From contig JBPOGF010000001.1 of assembly GCA_051251915.1 (NCBI GenBank), positions 352,001-416,000 of the forward strand: DNA of 64,000 nt, read 5' to 3'. The number at the start of each line of letters is the position of its first letter. Within the stretch, counting starts at the first letter, position 1. The position numbers were made by a program, and so were the translations under genes. Origin of the DNA: Akkermansiaceae bacterium. GTDB lineage: Bacteria; Verrucomicrobiota; Verrucomicrobiia; Verrucomicrobiales; Akkermansiaceae. Below the pieces are notes generated by a model. That model did no database searches. It worked only from the letters and a program-made list of their open reading frames with translations, and was not told the origin of the DNA. Positions 49,638-59,153 of the stretch are shown in pieces.

Positions 49638-50171
49638 ATGAAACCGTCACTTCAGATTCTTCCGATCCTTTTACTAACCGTGCTTAGTAGCATGAGCTCG
49701 CTGTCTGCCCAGGCTAAAGCTAAGACGAATGCTGATACAGGTACTGATTCTGTAGGTGTGCTTAGGGTGAGTCTTATTTTTGGGACAGATGGTGATGTGG
49801 CTCAGGCTGGAAAGGGCTTGAAGAAGCCGAGTGTGGTCCAGATGGAGGCTCTGCATAATCTTAAGGCGATTAAGTTTACTCACTATAGATTGTTAGGTGA
49901 AGACCAACAGCCGATTCTTAGGAGTTATGAGAACTGGGCGAATCCGATGAAGAGTTCGAAGGAGATTTTACTGAGTTTTCAGCCTAGAGGTCAGCCGATT
50001 GATGATCATTTGAAAATGGATCTAGAGTTTTGGCAGAGTCATAAGAAGATCATGAAGAGTGGAGCGACTCTGAAGAAAGGCAAGCCGTTGTTTATTCAAG
50101 GTCCAGCTTGGAGGGGGGGGAAGATTATTATTTCCGTGGAGCTTATGTCTCTGACTGAGGACAAGAAGTAG
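49638..50171 (+). CDS. Exported hypothetical protein, possible ECF accessory factor
   Basis: Signal peptide from ATG 49638; third gene of the sigma operon. Confidence 0.75.
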   Translation: MKPSLQILPILLLTVLSSMSSLSAQAKAKTNADTGTDSVGVLRVSLIFGTDGDVAQAGKGLKKPSVVQMEALHNLKAIKFTHYRLLGEDQQPILRSYENWANPMKSSKEILLSFQPRGQPIDDHLKMDLEFWQSHKKIMKSGATLKKGKPLFIQGPAWRGGKIIISVELMSLTEDKK

Positions 50172-50185
50172 TTTTTTAGATTTTT

Positions 50186-50995
50186 TTAAAGGCTACCTTT
50201 TCTTAGGTGGTTGAGGCAGTGGATGGTATTGCCTGATGGGGATTTCCATTTGAAGGAATTGAGGATGGCGGAGTGAACCCAGTCTATGGATGTGGAGACG
50301 GCATCGATCATGTTGGCGCCATTGGCTAGATGAGCGGTGATGGCTGCGGAGAGTGTGCAGCCTGTGCCGTGGGTGCAGGCGATGTCTATTTTAGATGCGC
50401 TAAAGTGGTGAGCAGTGCCTTTGTGCCAGAGTATGTCTAATCTGTCGTCATTGCCTGGGAGGTGTCCGCCTTTGAGGAGGACTGAGGTGTGGTAGAGCTC
50501 GGAGAGTTTCTTGGCTGCGGGTTCTAGATCTGCGAGTGTTTCGACTGGCTGGTCTAGCAGAACGGATGCTTCAGGCATGTTGGGGGTGATGAGTGTGGCT
50601 AGTGGGAGGAGTCTATCACGGTAGGTCTGGATGGCATTTTTGTCGACTAGTGTAGAGCCAGAAGTGGCGACCATGACTGGGTCTACTACGAGTGGGATGT
50701 GGGTTTTGTTAGAGAGCATTTCCACGACGGCGACGAGGTGGGCTTTTGAGTAGAGCATGCCGGTTTTGATGGCGTCTACGGGGTAGGAATCGAGCAAGAT
50801 TTTAACTTGTTCTTGAAGTACAGCTGGAGGGACTGGGTGAATGGACTCGACGATCTCTGGGGTTTCCGCGACGACGCAAGTGAGTGCTGTTAGGCCGTGG
50901 CAACCGTGGTAGGAAAAGGTCTTGAGGTCTGCTTGGATACCTGCTCCTGATGAGCAATCTGAGCCTGCGATGGTGAGTGCGATGGGTGGTGTCAT
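50186..50995 (-). CDS. thiD: Hydroxymethylpyrimidine/phosphomethylpyrimidine kinase
   Basis: [41 protein letters not shown]. Confidence 0.96.
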   Translation of the reverse strand: MTPPIALTIAGSDCSSGAGIQADLKTFSYHGCHGLTALTCVVAETPEIVESIHPVPPAVLQEQVKILLDSYPVDAIKTGMLYSKAHLVAVVEMLSNKTHIPLVVDPVMVATSGSTLVDKNAIQTYRDRLLPLATLITPNMPEASVLLDQPVETLADLEPAAKKLSELYHTSVLLKGGHLPGNDDRLDILWHKGTAHHFSASKIDIACTHGTGCTLSAAITAHLANGANMIDAVSTSIDWVHSAILNSFKWKSPSGNTIHCLNHLRKGSL

Positions 50996-50999
50996 AATG

Positions 51000-51782
51000 T
51001 TACGAGATTAGTTTAAGGCTACCAAGAAACTTCACAATAAGCTGGGCGCAACTTTGAGGATGGGCTTGGAAGATGAGGTGAGGTGAGTCTATCCAGTGGC
51101 TGGTGGCGTGGGGGAGGTGTTGTTCTAACTGGTTCTGAACTTCCCAAGGGATGAGGGCGTCATGCTCGGCTTGGAGGAGGAGGACGGGTGTGTTTATAAT
51201 GGTGGGAGTTTGTTCTTCTTCAAGGGTGAGGATGCTGCGGGTGCGCTGGCTGAGTGTTTTGGCGGGAATGTGTTTTACTGCGGAGCGGACTTTAGTGACT
51301 AGTTCTGATGAGCTGTTAGTTCCGGTTAGGAAATGACGGACTGCTGTGCGCGGAGGTGCGATTAGAAAGAGTGGGCGTATGGGGAGAAGGGCGAAGCCTG
51401 GATTAGCAGGGCTGGCGCAGAATCCGCCGCCGATGATGACGGCATGGATTGCTTTGGGGAATTTATTCGCTAGTTTAAGGGCTAGCGGAGTGGAGAAGGA
51501 CTCGGCAATGATGACCGTTTGTTGGCCAGTGGTTTTATCGAGTGAAAGGTCTGAGCATAGCCATTTGAATAGTTTGGCATAGCTTTGTTTGAGATCAGTG
51601 GGGTAGCTGATGAGTGTGGTTTGAAAACTTACCTCTAGGTTTATTTCTAGCCGTTGGATGCGGCTAACAAGGTTGTCAAAAAGCTCAGCTGTTCCATGCA
51701 GACCGGGGAGGAACACTAGGTTGATATTGTTTTTCCTAGTGTTGTCGGTTTTAGCGTAGGAGGGCAGTGAGCTTTCTGGCAT
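51000..51782 (-). CDS. Alpha/beta hydrolase
   Basis: FLPGL.GT, IAESFS nucleophile elbow, D and H positions. Confidence 0.85.
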   Translation of the reverse strand: MPESSLPSYAKTDNTRKNNINLVFLPGLHGTAELFDNLVSRIQRLEINLEVSFQTTLISYPTDLKQSYAKLFKWLCSDLSLDKTTGQQTVIIAESFSTPLALKLANKFPKAIHAVIIGGGFCASPANPGFALLPIRPLFLIAPPRTAVRHFLTGTNSSSELVTKVRSAVKHIPAKTLSQRTRSILTLEEEQTPTIINTPVLLLQAEHDALIPWEVQNQLEQHLPHATSHWIDSPHLIFQAHPQSCAQLIVKFLGSLKLIS

Positions 51783-51791
51783 TCTTGATTT

Positions 51792-52736
51792 TTAGAGTTT
51801 GCTGCTGATGAGAGTCTCTAGTTTAACGATGTCTGCGCTGAATCCACGGATGCCTTCGGCAGTTTTTTCCGTAGCCATTGCGTCTTCGTTGTAAATGAAA
51901 CGGAAGTCAGCTTCATTGAGTGAGATTTTCTCTTGATCAGATGCTTGAGCGTCTTCTTCGTTGAGCTTCTGAGTGACTTCAGCGTCTGAGTTCTGAAGGT
52001 CTTCGAGGAGATTAGGGCTGATGGTGAGGAGGTCACAACCGGCGAGTTCTGTGATCTGGCCAGTATTTCTGAATGATGCTCCCATTACTTCTGTCTTGTA
52101 CCCGAATTTTTTGTAGTAGTTGTAGATGTCTGTGACTGAGATGACGCCTGGGTCTTCTGCTCCAACGTAGTCGATGCCAGTGTCCTTCTTATACCAATCG
52201 TAGATTCTTCCTACGAATGGTGAGATGAGCTGGACGTTAGCTTCTGCACAGGCGATGGCTTGTGCTTTAGAGAAGAGGAGTGTGAGGTTACATGTGATGC
52301 CTTCTTTTTCGAGAGCTTCAGCGGCCTTGATGCCTTCCCATGTGGATGCGATTTTGATAAGGATGCGCTCTTTAGATGCTCCGTTAGCCTCGTAGAGTGC
52401 GATGATTTCTTTTGCCTTAGCGATAGTGCCTGCTGTGTCGAATGAGAGTCTGGCGTCTACTTCTGTAGATACACGACCTGGAACGATTTTAAGGATTTCT
52501 AGACCGAATAGGACGAGGAGCTGATCCATGACAGCTTCAGTGGTCTTGCTAGATGCAGAGGCTATGGCCTTGTCTACGATATGTTGGTATTCATCCTGCA
52601 TTGCTGCTTTCAGAATGAGTGATGGATTGGTAGTCGCATCTTGTGGTTGGTATTGCTTGATGGACTCAAAGTCGCCAGTGTCGGCTACGATGGTGGTGTA
52701 TTTTTTAAGTGAATTTAGTGATGATGTATCGGACAT
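51792..52736 (-). CDS. tal: Transaldolase
   Basis: [40 protein letters not shown]. Confidence 0.98.
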   Translation of the reverse strand: MSDTSSLNSLKKYTTIVADTGDFESIKQYQPQDATTNPSLILKAAMQDEYQHIVDKAIASASSKTTEAVMDQLLVLFGLEILKIVPGRVSTEVDARLSFDTAGTIAKAKEIIALYEANGASKERILIKIASTWEGIKAAEALEKEGITCNLTLLFSKAQAIACAEANVQLISPFVGRIYDWYKKDTGIDYVGAEDPGVISVTDIYNYYKKFGYKTEVMGASFRNTGQITELAGCDLLTISPNLLEDLQNSDAEVTQKLNEEDAQASDQEKISLNEADFRFIYNEDAMATEKTAEGIRGFSADIVKLETLISSKL

Positions 52737-52795
52737 GGGGGGACTGTAGCGTAAAGTGGATGAATTAGAAAAGGTAAATTGTAGTCATTTTCGAC

Positions 52796-52831
52796 AAAAA
52801 AGCCCCCTGCAGCGAGGTGCTTCAGGGGGCT
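52796..52831 (-). terminator. Rho-independent terminator after the RRM gene
   Basis: agccccctg...cagggggct stem; A6 on + gives a U-tract on -. Confidence 0.85.
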
Positions 52832-52851
52832 GATCTATTATGAATTATATA

Positions 52852-53514
52852 TTATGCTGCTGGCTCTTCTGATGATTCATCAGAGTTTGCTTTATCAGCA
52901 TCGTAGTCGCTGCTATTTGGGTCGCTTGCCTTACGTGCTTTAGATCCGTTTACGATAAGGTTTCTACCGAGGAATGGTTGGTCGTGAAGCACATCGACAG
53001 CGCGTTTAGCTTCGTCGACATTGAGCATTTGGACGAATCCGTATCCTTTTGACTTGTGGGTGTGGCGATTGTAGATGATTTCTACTTTTTTGACTGAACC
53101 CACGCCTTTGAATAGGTCTTCGATGTCGTATTCTGTAGCGTCATAGGAGAGGTTTCCTACGTAGAGACGCGGTGTTTCGACTTCAACTTTCTGTGGAGCC
53201 TTGCGTTCTTTTGCTACGCGAGTGTTTGTGCGTGCTGGCTTGGCATCCTCTGTTGGAGGTGTTGCTTTGCTTCTAGGTGGGCGGTTGGCTTGGAGTTGTT
53301 TGCGGATTTTGTCTTCGCTGGTGAGCTTGCAGAAGATGAGGATTTTCTGCCAGGTAGAGAGAACAAGCGGTTTTGGCTTGTTTTGGCGAGGTTTGCGATT
53401 GCGGCTGTTATTGCTGTTGTTGTTATTACTGCGATTGCGATTATTGTTGCGGTTTCTGTTGTTTTGGTTGCGATTGTTATTCTTTCGCGGTCCATTTTGT
53501 TGTTGTTCTGACAT
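52852..53514 (-). CDS. RRM-domain RNA-binding protein with Asn/Arg-rich N-terminus
   Basis: RNP2 LYVGNL, RNP1 KGYGFVQM. Confidence 0.93.
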   Translation of the reverse strand: MSEQQQNGPRKNNNRNQNNRNRNNNRNRSNNNNSNNSRNRKPRQNKPKPLVLSTWQKILIFCKLTSEDKIRKQLQANRPPRSKATPPTEDAKPARTNTRVAKERKAPQKVEVETPRLYVGNLSYDATEYDIEDLFKGVGSVKKVEIIYNRHTHKSKGYGFVQMLNVDEAKRAVDVLHDQPFLGRNLIVNGSKARKASDPNSSDYDADKANSDESSEEPAA

Positions 53515-53918
53515 GTTGTCTTTTTGTTATTTGGTTTGAAGCCAAGCTAGTTTTAGTTGCTTTTATGTCACTGACAGCCGAGATATAACTTGCTGTGAGA
53601 GTGAATCGCTTCGATGCATTTGGAGAAATGGTTCTGAGTAGAACGGATCCGTGCTTGGCTTTTATTTATCGAGCGATAAAAAGGTCATGCACACAGAGGC
53701 CTATAAATGGCAAGCACTTATTGGGGGGAATTGTGAATAAGTTTACGACTGCGCTGAAGTATTATAGATTCATTGCAAATGATTGAAATTCTGTGATCTG
53801 AGGGTTGTTTTATAAGAAATCTATGTTTATGTTCCGCAGGTATTCAGCAAGTAGCTTTCACGTGTTATTCGAACGATAACAAACCATTCATTATTAAATC
53901 ATTACAATTATTACCTAG

Positions 53919-54851
53919 ATGAAGTCATCATTCTTTTCTTTTTCCTTAGTATCAGCAACATTGATCAGTCTGATTTTTTCTTCATTCGCCTCGTTGGCAT
54001 CGGCTCAGGAAAGTTACCTAGTCATGGAGCGTCATTCGAAGCGTGTGCTCTTGGCTGCGAATTCGGAGCAGACGGTGACTACGGGAAGCTTTAGCCAACT
54101 GGCAACTGCGAAGGTTGTGCTTGATTGGTCTAAGTTATCAGGAACTCCTCTTTCTACGATGATGGTGGTTCCTGCTGGGATATCTAATTCTGGTTTGGGA
54201 AATGCGTTGAATCTGCAGACTGGCGATCAGATTTCGATGCGTGATGCGTTGTATACATTGTCACTCAATCAAGATAAGGCGAGTGCGCTTGTGCTTGGGG
54301 AGTTTGTGGGTAGACATTTATTAGCTAAGCGAGGTAGGGGGGGGAACCCATACACTGCATTTACTCAGGAGATGAATAATCTAGCGGCTCATCTGAATAT
54401 GAGATCAACTCAATTTAAGAGTCCTGCTGGTGGTCTGGGTAAGACGAAAATCTCTGATCTGGCGAAGCTGGCTAGCTATGCATTGCAAACGAATGGTTAT
54501 GAATTCTACATGAAGCAGAAGAGCAGGTCAGTGACTGTGAAGAGAGTTTCTGGTGCTTCTCAATCATTGAGGCTAACTAGCTCAAATGGTCTGTTAGGGA
54601 CGATGTCTATTGGTGGGTTGATGGTTGAGGGAACTAACGCGGTTATTTCTGCGGATAAGAAGAACGTTGTAAGAAAGCTGGCTGATGGGAGAGCTGAGAT
54701 TACGCCTAGGCAATTAGTGGTGGTGATCTTTGGTTCAGTGAATAGAGATGCTAGAGCGAAGCAGTTGATTGCATCTGGTTGGCAGATCTATGAGGGGTGG
54801 AGGGCTCAGGGGTTTCCAAGAAGCGCTACTGGGAAAGAGTTTTTGAAGTAG
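53919..54851 (+). CDS. Peptidase S11 (D-Ala-D-Ala carboxypeptidase)-like protein with degenerate active site
   Basis: Signal peptide; L..GD.IS.RDAL, F...MN..A..L.M..T.F..P.G; SxxK/SxN/KTG altered. Confidence 0.8.
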   Translation: MKSSFFSFSLVSATLISLIFSSFASLASAQESYLVMERHSKRVLLAANSEQTVTTGSFSQLATAKVVLDWSKLSGTPLSTMMVVPAGISNSGLGNALNLQTGDQISMRDALYTLSLNQDKASALVLGEFVGRHLLAKRGRGGNPYTAFTQEMNNLAAHLNMRSTQFKSPAGGLGKTKISDLAKLASYALQTNGYEFYMKQKSRSVTVKRVSGASQSLRLTSSNGLLGTMSIGGLMVEGTNAVISADKKNVVRKLADGRAEITPRQLVVVIFGSVNRDARAKQLIASGWQIYEGWRAQGFPRSATGKEFLK

Positions 54852-54948
54852 GTTTGCCTTAATTGAAGTAGGTTTGTTTGTAGGTTTTTACGGTGGATTT
54901 TTGATTAATATTGACGGCAATGTTAGTGTTTCATAGTGTGTTATAACT

Positions 54949-55824
54949 ATGAAATACTCCTTCTTAATTACATCAATACTATGTTCATCTGTTCATGCCG
55001 CGATACAGTATAATTTGAATGTAGAAATTATTCAAGTTAGAGATGATGCTGGCGCAAATGCTACTCTTCTTGATCCATCTGGTTCCGGAGACGGATACCT
55101 TTATCAGTCTCAAGTAAATGATATTTGGAGCCAAGCAGGGATTCAGGTGACATTTACTAATAGCACTTGGGATAATACTGAGGCTCTGCGTCTTGACTCT
55201 ACCGAGCGTAGTGCGGTCTATAGTAACTCTTTTGCTACGGGTTCGGGTTCGCCAATACCAGGAATCGGTGTGGATACGCTTCAAATTTTCTTTGTGATGG
55301 ATCACCCAGGTACTGGGTATGATGGTAGTGCAGGTTCAGGATGGGTAGGGACACCTCTTGCTGATCCAAGTACGAGTGCTCGGAATGCGGGAAATGCCCA
55401 GCTTTATATAAGTGGTACATTCGCTAGTAATGGACGTGCTGTGATGGCAAACGAAGGTTTTACTGCAGATTCCTTGTCTGGAACAATTACTCATGAGATA
55501 GGGCACGCATTAGGGTTGCGTCACGTAGAAGATGTGAATGGTGGAGCTGGTGCTGGGACTACTCAGGATCCTACTTTCAGTATTGGAACATCAACTGCCA
55601 ATTTGATGTGGGGAGCGGGTAATGGACCGGCTTACGATGGAGGGCTAACTCTACAGGAAAATTTTAATCTTACTTCTGATCAGATCGACGCAGCGATTTT
55701 CAATGGTCTTGACCTAGATCCGGACGGGAATGGAACTGGTGTTCTGCAAGCAGTTCCTGAGCCTTCTTCTACTTTCTTGATGGGGCTTGGTGGACTGGCT
55801 CTTCTTGTAAGAAGAAGGTCATAA
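54949..55824 (+). CDS. PEP-CTERM-anchored zinc metalloprotease-like protein
   Basis: HEIGHALGLRH, Met-turn NLM, C-terminal VPEPSS-TM-RRR. Confidence 0.92.
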   Translation: MKYSFLITSILCSSVHAAIQYNLNVEIIQVRDDAGANATLLDPSGSGDGYLYQSQVNDIWSQAGIQVTFTNSTWDNTEALRLDSTERSAVYSNSFATGSGSPIPGIGVDTLQIFFVMDHPGTGYDGSAGSGWVGTPLADPSTSARNAGNAQLYISGTFASNGRAVMANEGFTADSLSGTITHEIGHALGLRHVEDVNGGAGAGTTQDPTFSIGTSTANLMWGAGNGPAYDGGLTLQENFNLTSDQIDAAIFNGLDLDPDGNGTGVLQAVPEPSSTFLMGLGGLALLVRRRS

Positions 55825-55854
55825 GCTACTGAACAAAGTAGAAATTTATAAATT

Positions 55855-55892
55855 ACTCTGGTTTCTCGTTTTGAGATTCTGGAGTTTTTTTT
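55855..55892 (+). terminator. Probable terminator after the PEP-CTERM gene
   Basis: Imperfect stem followed by T-tract. Confidence 0.55.
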
Positions 55893-55993
55893 ATGGGGGG
55901 ATGTGTGAAGGTGCAGAGTAGTTAGAATAGTTGAGTCTGTTTAGTTAATGGTGGTAATGTTGTAGGGGGCATAATAGAGGTTATTCACGAGAT

Positions 55994-56566
55994 ATGAAAT
56001 ATGAGACTAAGGAAATAGGTGGTGTGGGGTATGCGTTGTTGGATCTGGATCAGCGGGCGGTGGAGTTGAAGGTGATGGAGGATATGGATGCTGGGGTGGA
56101 TGTTTATTATGATCGGCGGTGGGAGGTGACGGGGTTGTTGGCTGAGTGGCTGGAGGGGAATCATGGGGTGTATGCGGGGAAGCGGGTGTTGGTGTTGGGT
56201 GCTGGTGTGGGGATAGAGACGGCAGTGTTGGGGAGATTGGCAGGGAGTTTGTTTATTAATGATTTGTCGGCGACGGCGTTGGAGTTGTGTGGTGGGCAGT
56301 TGCGGGAGAACGGGGTGGATGATTTTGGGGTTTTATTAGGGAGGTATGAGGAGATTGATTTGCCGGAGGTGGATTTGATAGTGGCGAGTTTTTTGGTTTA
56401 TAATAAGGAGACGCTGAGGGCGATGCGGGCGTTTATGGAAGAGAATGGGTGTGATTTCATTTTGATGAATGAGAATTTACCGGATTTTATGAAGTGTTTA
56501 CGGGAGCTGGATCATGAGGTGATTTTTGAGGAGGAGGGGGCGATGTGTGTATTGTTTAAACGGTGA
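55994..56566 (+). CDS. Class I SAM methyltransferase (Methyltransf_16/METTL21-like)
   Basis: RW...LLAEWL, GKRVLVLGAGVG, DLIVAS. Confidence 0.75.
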   Translation: MKYETKEIGGVGYALLDLDQRAVELKVMEDMDAGVDVYYDRRWEVTGLLAEWLEGNHGVYAGKRVLVLGAGVGIETAVLGRLAGSLFINDLSATALELCGGQLRENGVDDFGVLLGRYEEIDLPEVDLIVASFLVYNKETLRAMRAFMEENGCDFILMNENLPDFMKCLRELDHEVIFEEEGAMCVLFKR

Positions 56567-56591
56567 TATTTGATATTTGTAATTTGAGATT
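56564..56591. repeat. Heptamer tandem array (tgatatt) beginning at the stop codon
   Basis: tgatatt tgatatt tgtaatt tgagatt. Confidence 0.75.
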
Positions 56592-56611
56592 AATCTAATT
56601 AGCATAAGGCT

Positions 56612-58558
56612 ATGAAAACGCTGAAAGTATCTGCTGCTTGCTTGAACCAGACTCCAATGGACTGGGATGGGAATTTTTCTCGGATAAAGGGGGCGGTGGC
56701 TGAGGCTAGGGCTGAGGGGGTGGATGTGTTGTGTTTGCCGGAGTTGGCGATTACGGGGTATGGGTGTGAGGATATGTTTTTGGCACCTGATATTTGTGTG
56801 AGAGCTGGGGAGATGTTGGCGGAGATTGTGGAGTTGGCGCCTGAGATGGTGGTGGCTGTGGGGTTGCCGTGGAGGCATCATAATGCGGTGTTCAATGTGG
56901 CGGCGGTGATGTGTGGCGGGGATATTTTAGGGTTGTATGCGAAGCAGAATTTGGCGGGTGATGGGGTTCATTATGAGCCTCGGTGGTTTAGTGCGTGGCC
57001 TGGTGGTGAGGTGGCTATTACTGAGCTTGGTGGTGAGGATGTGTTGATTGGGGATTTGTTGTTTGAGATTGGTGGGGTGACTATTGGGTTGGAGATATGT
57101 GAGGATGCGTGGGTGGCGGATCGGCCGGGGTCACAGATTTGTGCCTATGGGGTGGATGTTATTTTGAATCCTAGTGCGAGTCATTTTGCGTTTGGTAAGC
57201 AGAAGGTGAGGGAGAGGTTTGTGCTGGAGGGGAGTAGGGCGTTTGGTGTGGCGTATGTGTATGCGAATTTGTTAGGGAATGAGTCTGGCAGGATGGTGTT
57301 TGATGGTGGGGCGATGATTGCTAGTTGTGGGGAGCTGATCGCTACGGAGAAGAGGTTTAGTTACAAGGACTGGACATTGACTACGGCGGTGGTGGATGTG
57401 GAGTTGAATCAGACGAAGCAGGCGGCGTCTGCTTCACGGGTGGTGGATGTGGAAGATCATCCTGGGTTGGTGAGGACTGGGCTGGAGTGGAGGGAGGACG
57501 GGGAACTTCCTAGTGCTCAGATAGAGCATAAATTATGGTGTAAAGAGGAGGAATTTAGTAGGACTGTGGCTTTGGCGTTGTTTGATTATATGCGGAAGAG
57601 TTATTCACGTGGGTTTGTGCTGTCACTGAGTGGTGGGGCGGATAGTTCTGCGGTGGCGTGTCTGGTGAAGCTGAGTTTGGATTTCGCGTTGGCGGAGCTG
57701 GGTGAGGATGGAGTGCGGGAGAAGTTGGCTTATTTCGAGTTACCTAAGGATACTAAGGACTGGATGAAGGAGTTGTTGGCGTGTGTTTATCAGGCTAGTG
57801 ATAACAGTGGTGATGAGACTGAGGATTCTGCTGAGAGTTTGGCGGAGTCTGTGGGGGCGGAGTACCAGAGGTGGAATATTTCTGAGTTAGTGGATGGTTA
57901 TACGGGGATGGTTAGTGGAGGTATAGGTAGGGATCTTACTTGGGAGGATGATGATATTACATTGCAGAATATTCAGGCTCGTGTGAGGGCACCGGGGATC
58001 TGGATGTTGACAAATATTCGGAATGGTTTGTTGTTGTCTACTTCTAACAGGAGTGAGGCGGCGGTGGGTTATGCAACGATGGATGGTGATACTTGTGGTG
58101 GGGTGAGTCCTATTGCGGGGATTGATAAGGCGTTTTTGAGGTATTGGTTGAGTTGGTTGGAAACGAGTGATATGGCGGGGATTGAGCCGATTCCAGCATT
58201 GAGCAAAGTGAATGCGTTGCAACCTACTGCGGAGTTGCGCCCTGAGGAGTATGATCAGACTGATGAGTCTGATTTGATGCCGTATCCGATTTTGGATGCG
58301 ATAGAGAAGGCTGCGATTAGGGATAAGAGGTCACCTAAAGATGTGCTGGCTTTGATGGTGAAGCGGTTTCCTGACTATGAGGATGTGCGGGTGAAGGCTT
58401 GGGTGGTGAAGTTCTTTAAGTTGTGGAGCAGGAACCAATGGAAGCGGGAGAGGTATGCGCCTTCATTCCATTTGGATGATGAGAATTTAGATCCTAAGAC
58501 GTGGTGTAGGTTTCCTATTTTATCTGGGAGTTTTACTAGGGAATTAAGTGAGTTGTAG
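56612..58558 (+). CDS. nadE: Glutamine-dependent NAD+ synthetase
   Basis: Nitrilase domain (PEL.ITGY, K, EICED), SLSGGADS, NIQARVR, TSNRSE, PTAELRP. Confidence 0.97.
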   Translation: MKTLKVSAACLNQTPMDWDGNFSRIKGAVAEARAEGVDVLCLPELAITGYGCEDMFLAPDICVRAGEMLAEIVELAPEMVVAVGLPWRHHNAVFNVAAVMCGGDILGLYAKQNLAGDGVHYEPRWFSAWPGGEVAITELGGEDVLIGDLLFEIGGVTIGLEICEDAWVADRPGSQICAYGVDVILNPSASHFAFGKQKVRERFVLEGSRAFGVAYVYANLLGNESGRMVFDGGAMIASCGELIATEKRFSYKDWTLTTAVVDVELNQTKQAASASRVVDVEDHPGLVRTGLEWREDGELPSAQIEHKLWCKEEEFSRTVALALFDYMRKSYSRGFVLSLSGGADSSAVACLVKLSLDFALAELGEDGVREKLAYFELPKDTKDWMKELLACVYQASDNSGDETEDSAESLAESVGAEYQRWNISELVDGYTGMVSGGIGRDLTWEDDDITLQNIQARVRAPGIWMLTNIRNGLLLSTSNRSEAAVGYATMDGDTCGGVSPIAGIDKAFLRYWLSWLETSDMAGIEPIPALSKVNALQPTAELRPEEYDQTDESDLMPYPILDAIEKAAIRDKRSPKDVLALMVKRFPDYEDVRVKAWVVKFFKLWSRNQWKRERYAPSFHLDDENLDPKTWCRFPILSGSFTRELSEL

Positions 58559-58610
58559 TTTATTTGGAATAATAAGAGGCGGAGCGTCTCTTAATGGTAT
58601 AGAATAGAAT

Positions 58611-59153
58611 ATGAGTGAATTTCAAGAATTAGTAGATGCGCATTATCAGCCGTTGTATCGATTTGCGTATAGTTTAGCGAAGAACCCTGACAAGGCGGCG
58701 GATTTAGTGCAGCAGACGTATTGCATATGGGCGCAGAAGGGGGATCAGTTAAAGGACAGGAGTAAGGCGAAGACGTGGTTATTTACGACGTTGTATCGTG
58801 AATTTTTGGCTGGAGCGAGGAGGTCAACTAAGTTTCCTGAAACGGACTTAGAAGATGCTGAGTATCACTTAGAGTCAAAGGAAGAGGATACAGGGAGAGC
58901 GATTGATGCGAAGCGTGCGGTTGCTGTGTTGAATAGCTTGGATGAAACATTTAGAGCGCCGTTGGCGTTGTTTTTCTTGCAGCAGCATAGTTATAAGGAA
59001 ATTGCTAAGGTGTTAGATATACCGATGGGGACTGTGATGTCGCGGATCTCTAGGGGTAAGGATTTATTAAAGAAGAAAATGAAAGAGAATTTAGAAAAGA
59101 ATACCAATGTGGTAACAATGAACATGAGTGAAAGGGGAAAGAAAAATGGATAA
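58611..59153 (+). CDS. ECF sigma-70 factor
   Basis: A.DLVQQT, KTWLFTTL.R, SYKEIA..L.IP.GTVMSRISRG. Confidence 0.95.
   Translation: MSEFQELVDAHYQPLYRFAYSLAKNPDKAADLVQQTYCIWAQKGDQLKDRSKAKTWLFTTLYREFLAGARRSTKFPETDLEDAEYHLESKEEDTGRAIDAKRAVAVLNSLDETFRAPLALFFLQQHSYKEIAKVLDIPMGTVMSRISRGKDLLKKKMKENLEKNTNVVTMNMSERGKKNG

Noticed and set aside
53595..53786. 63-aa plus-strand ORF
   Set aside because: Lies in the divergent promoter/leader region with no coding signature
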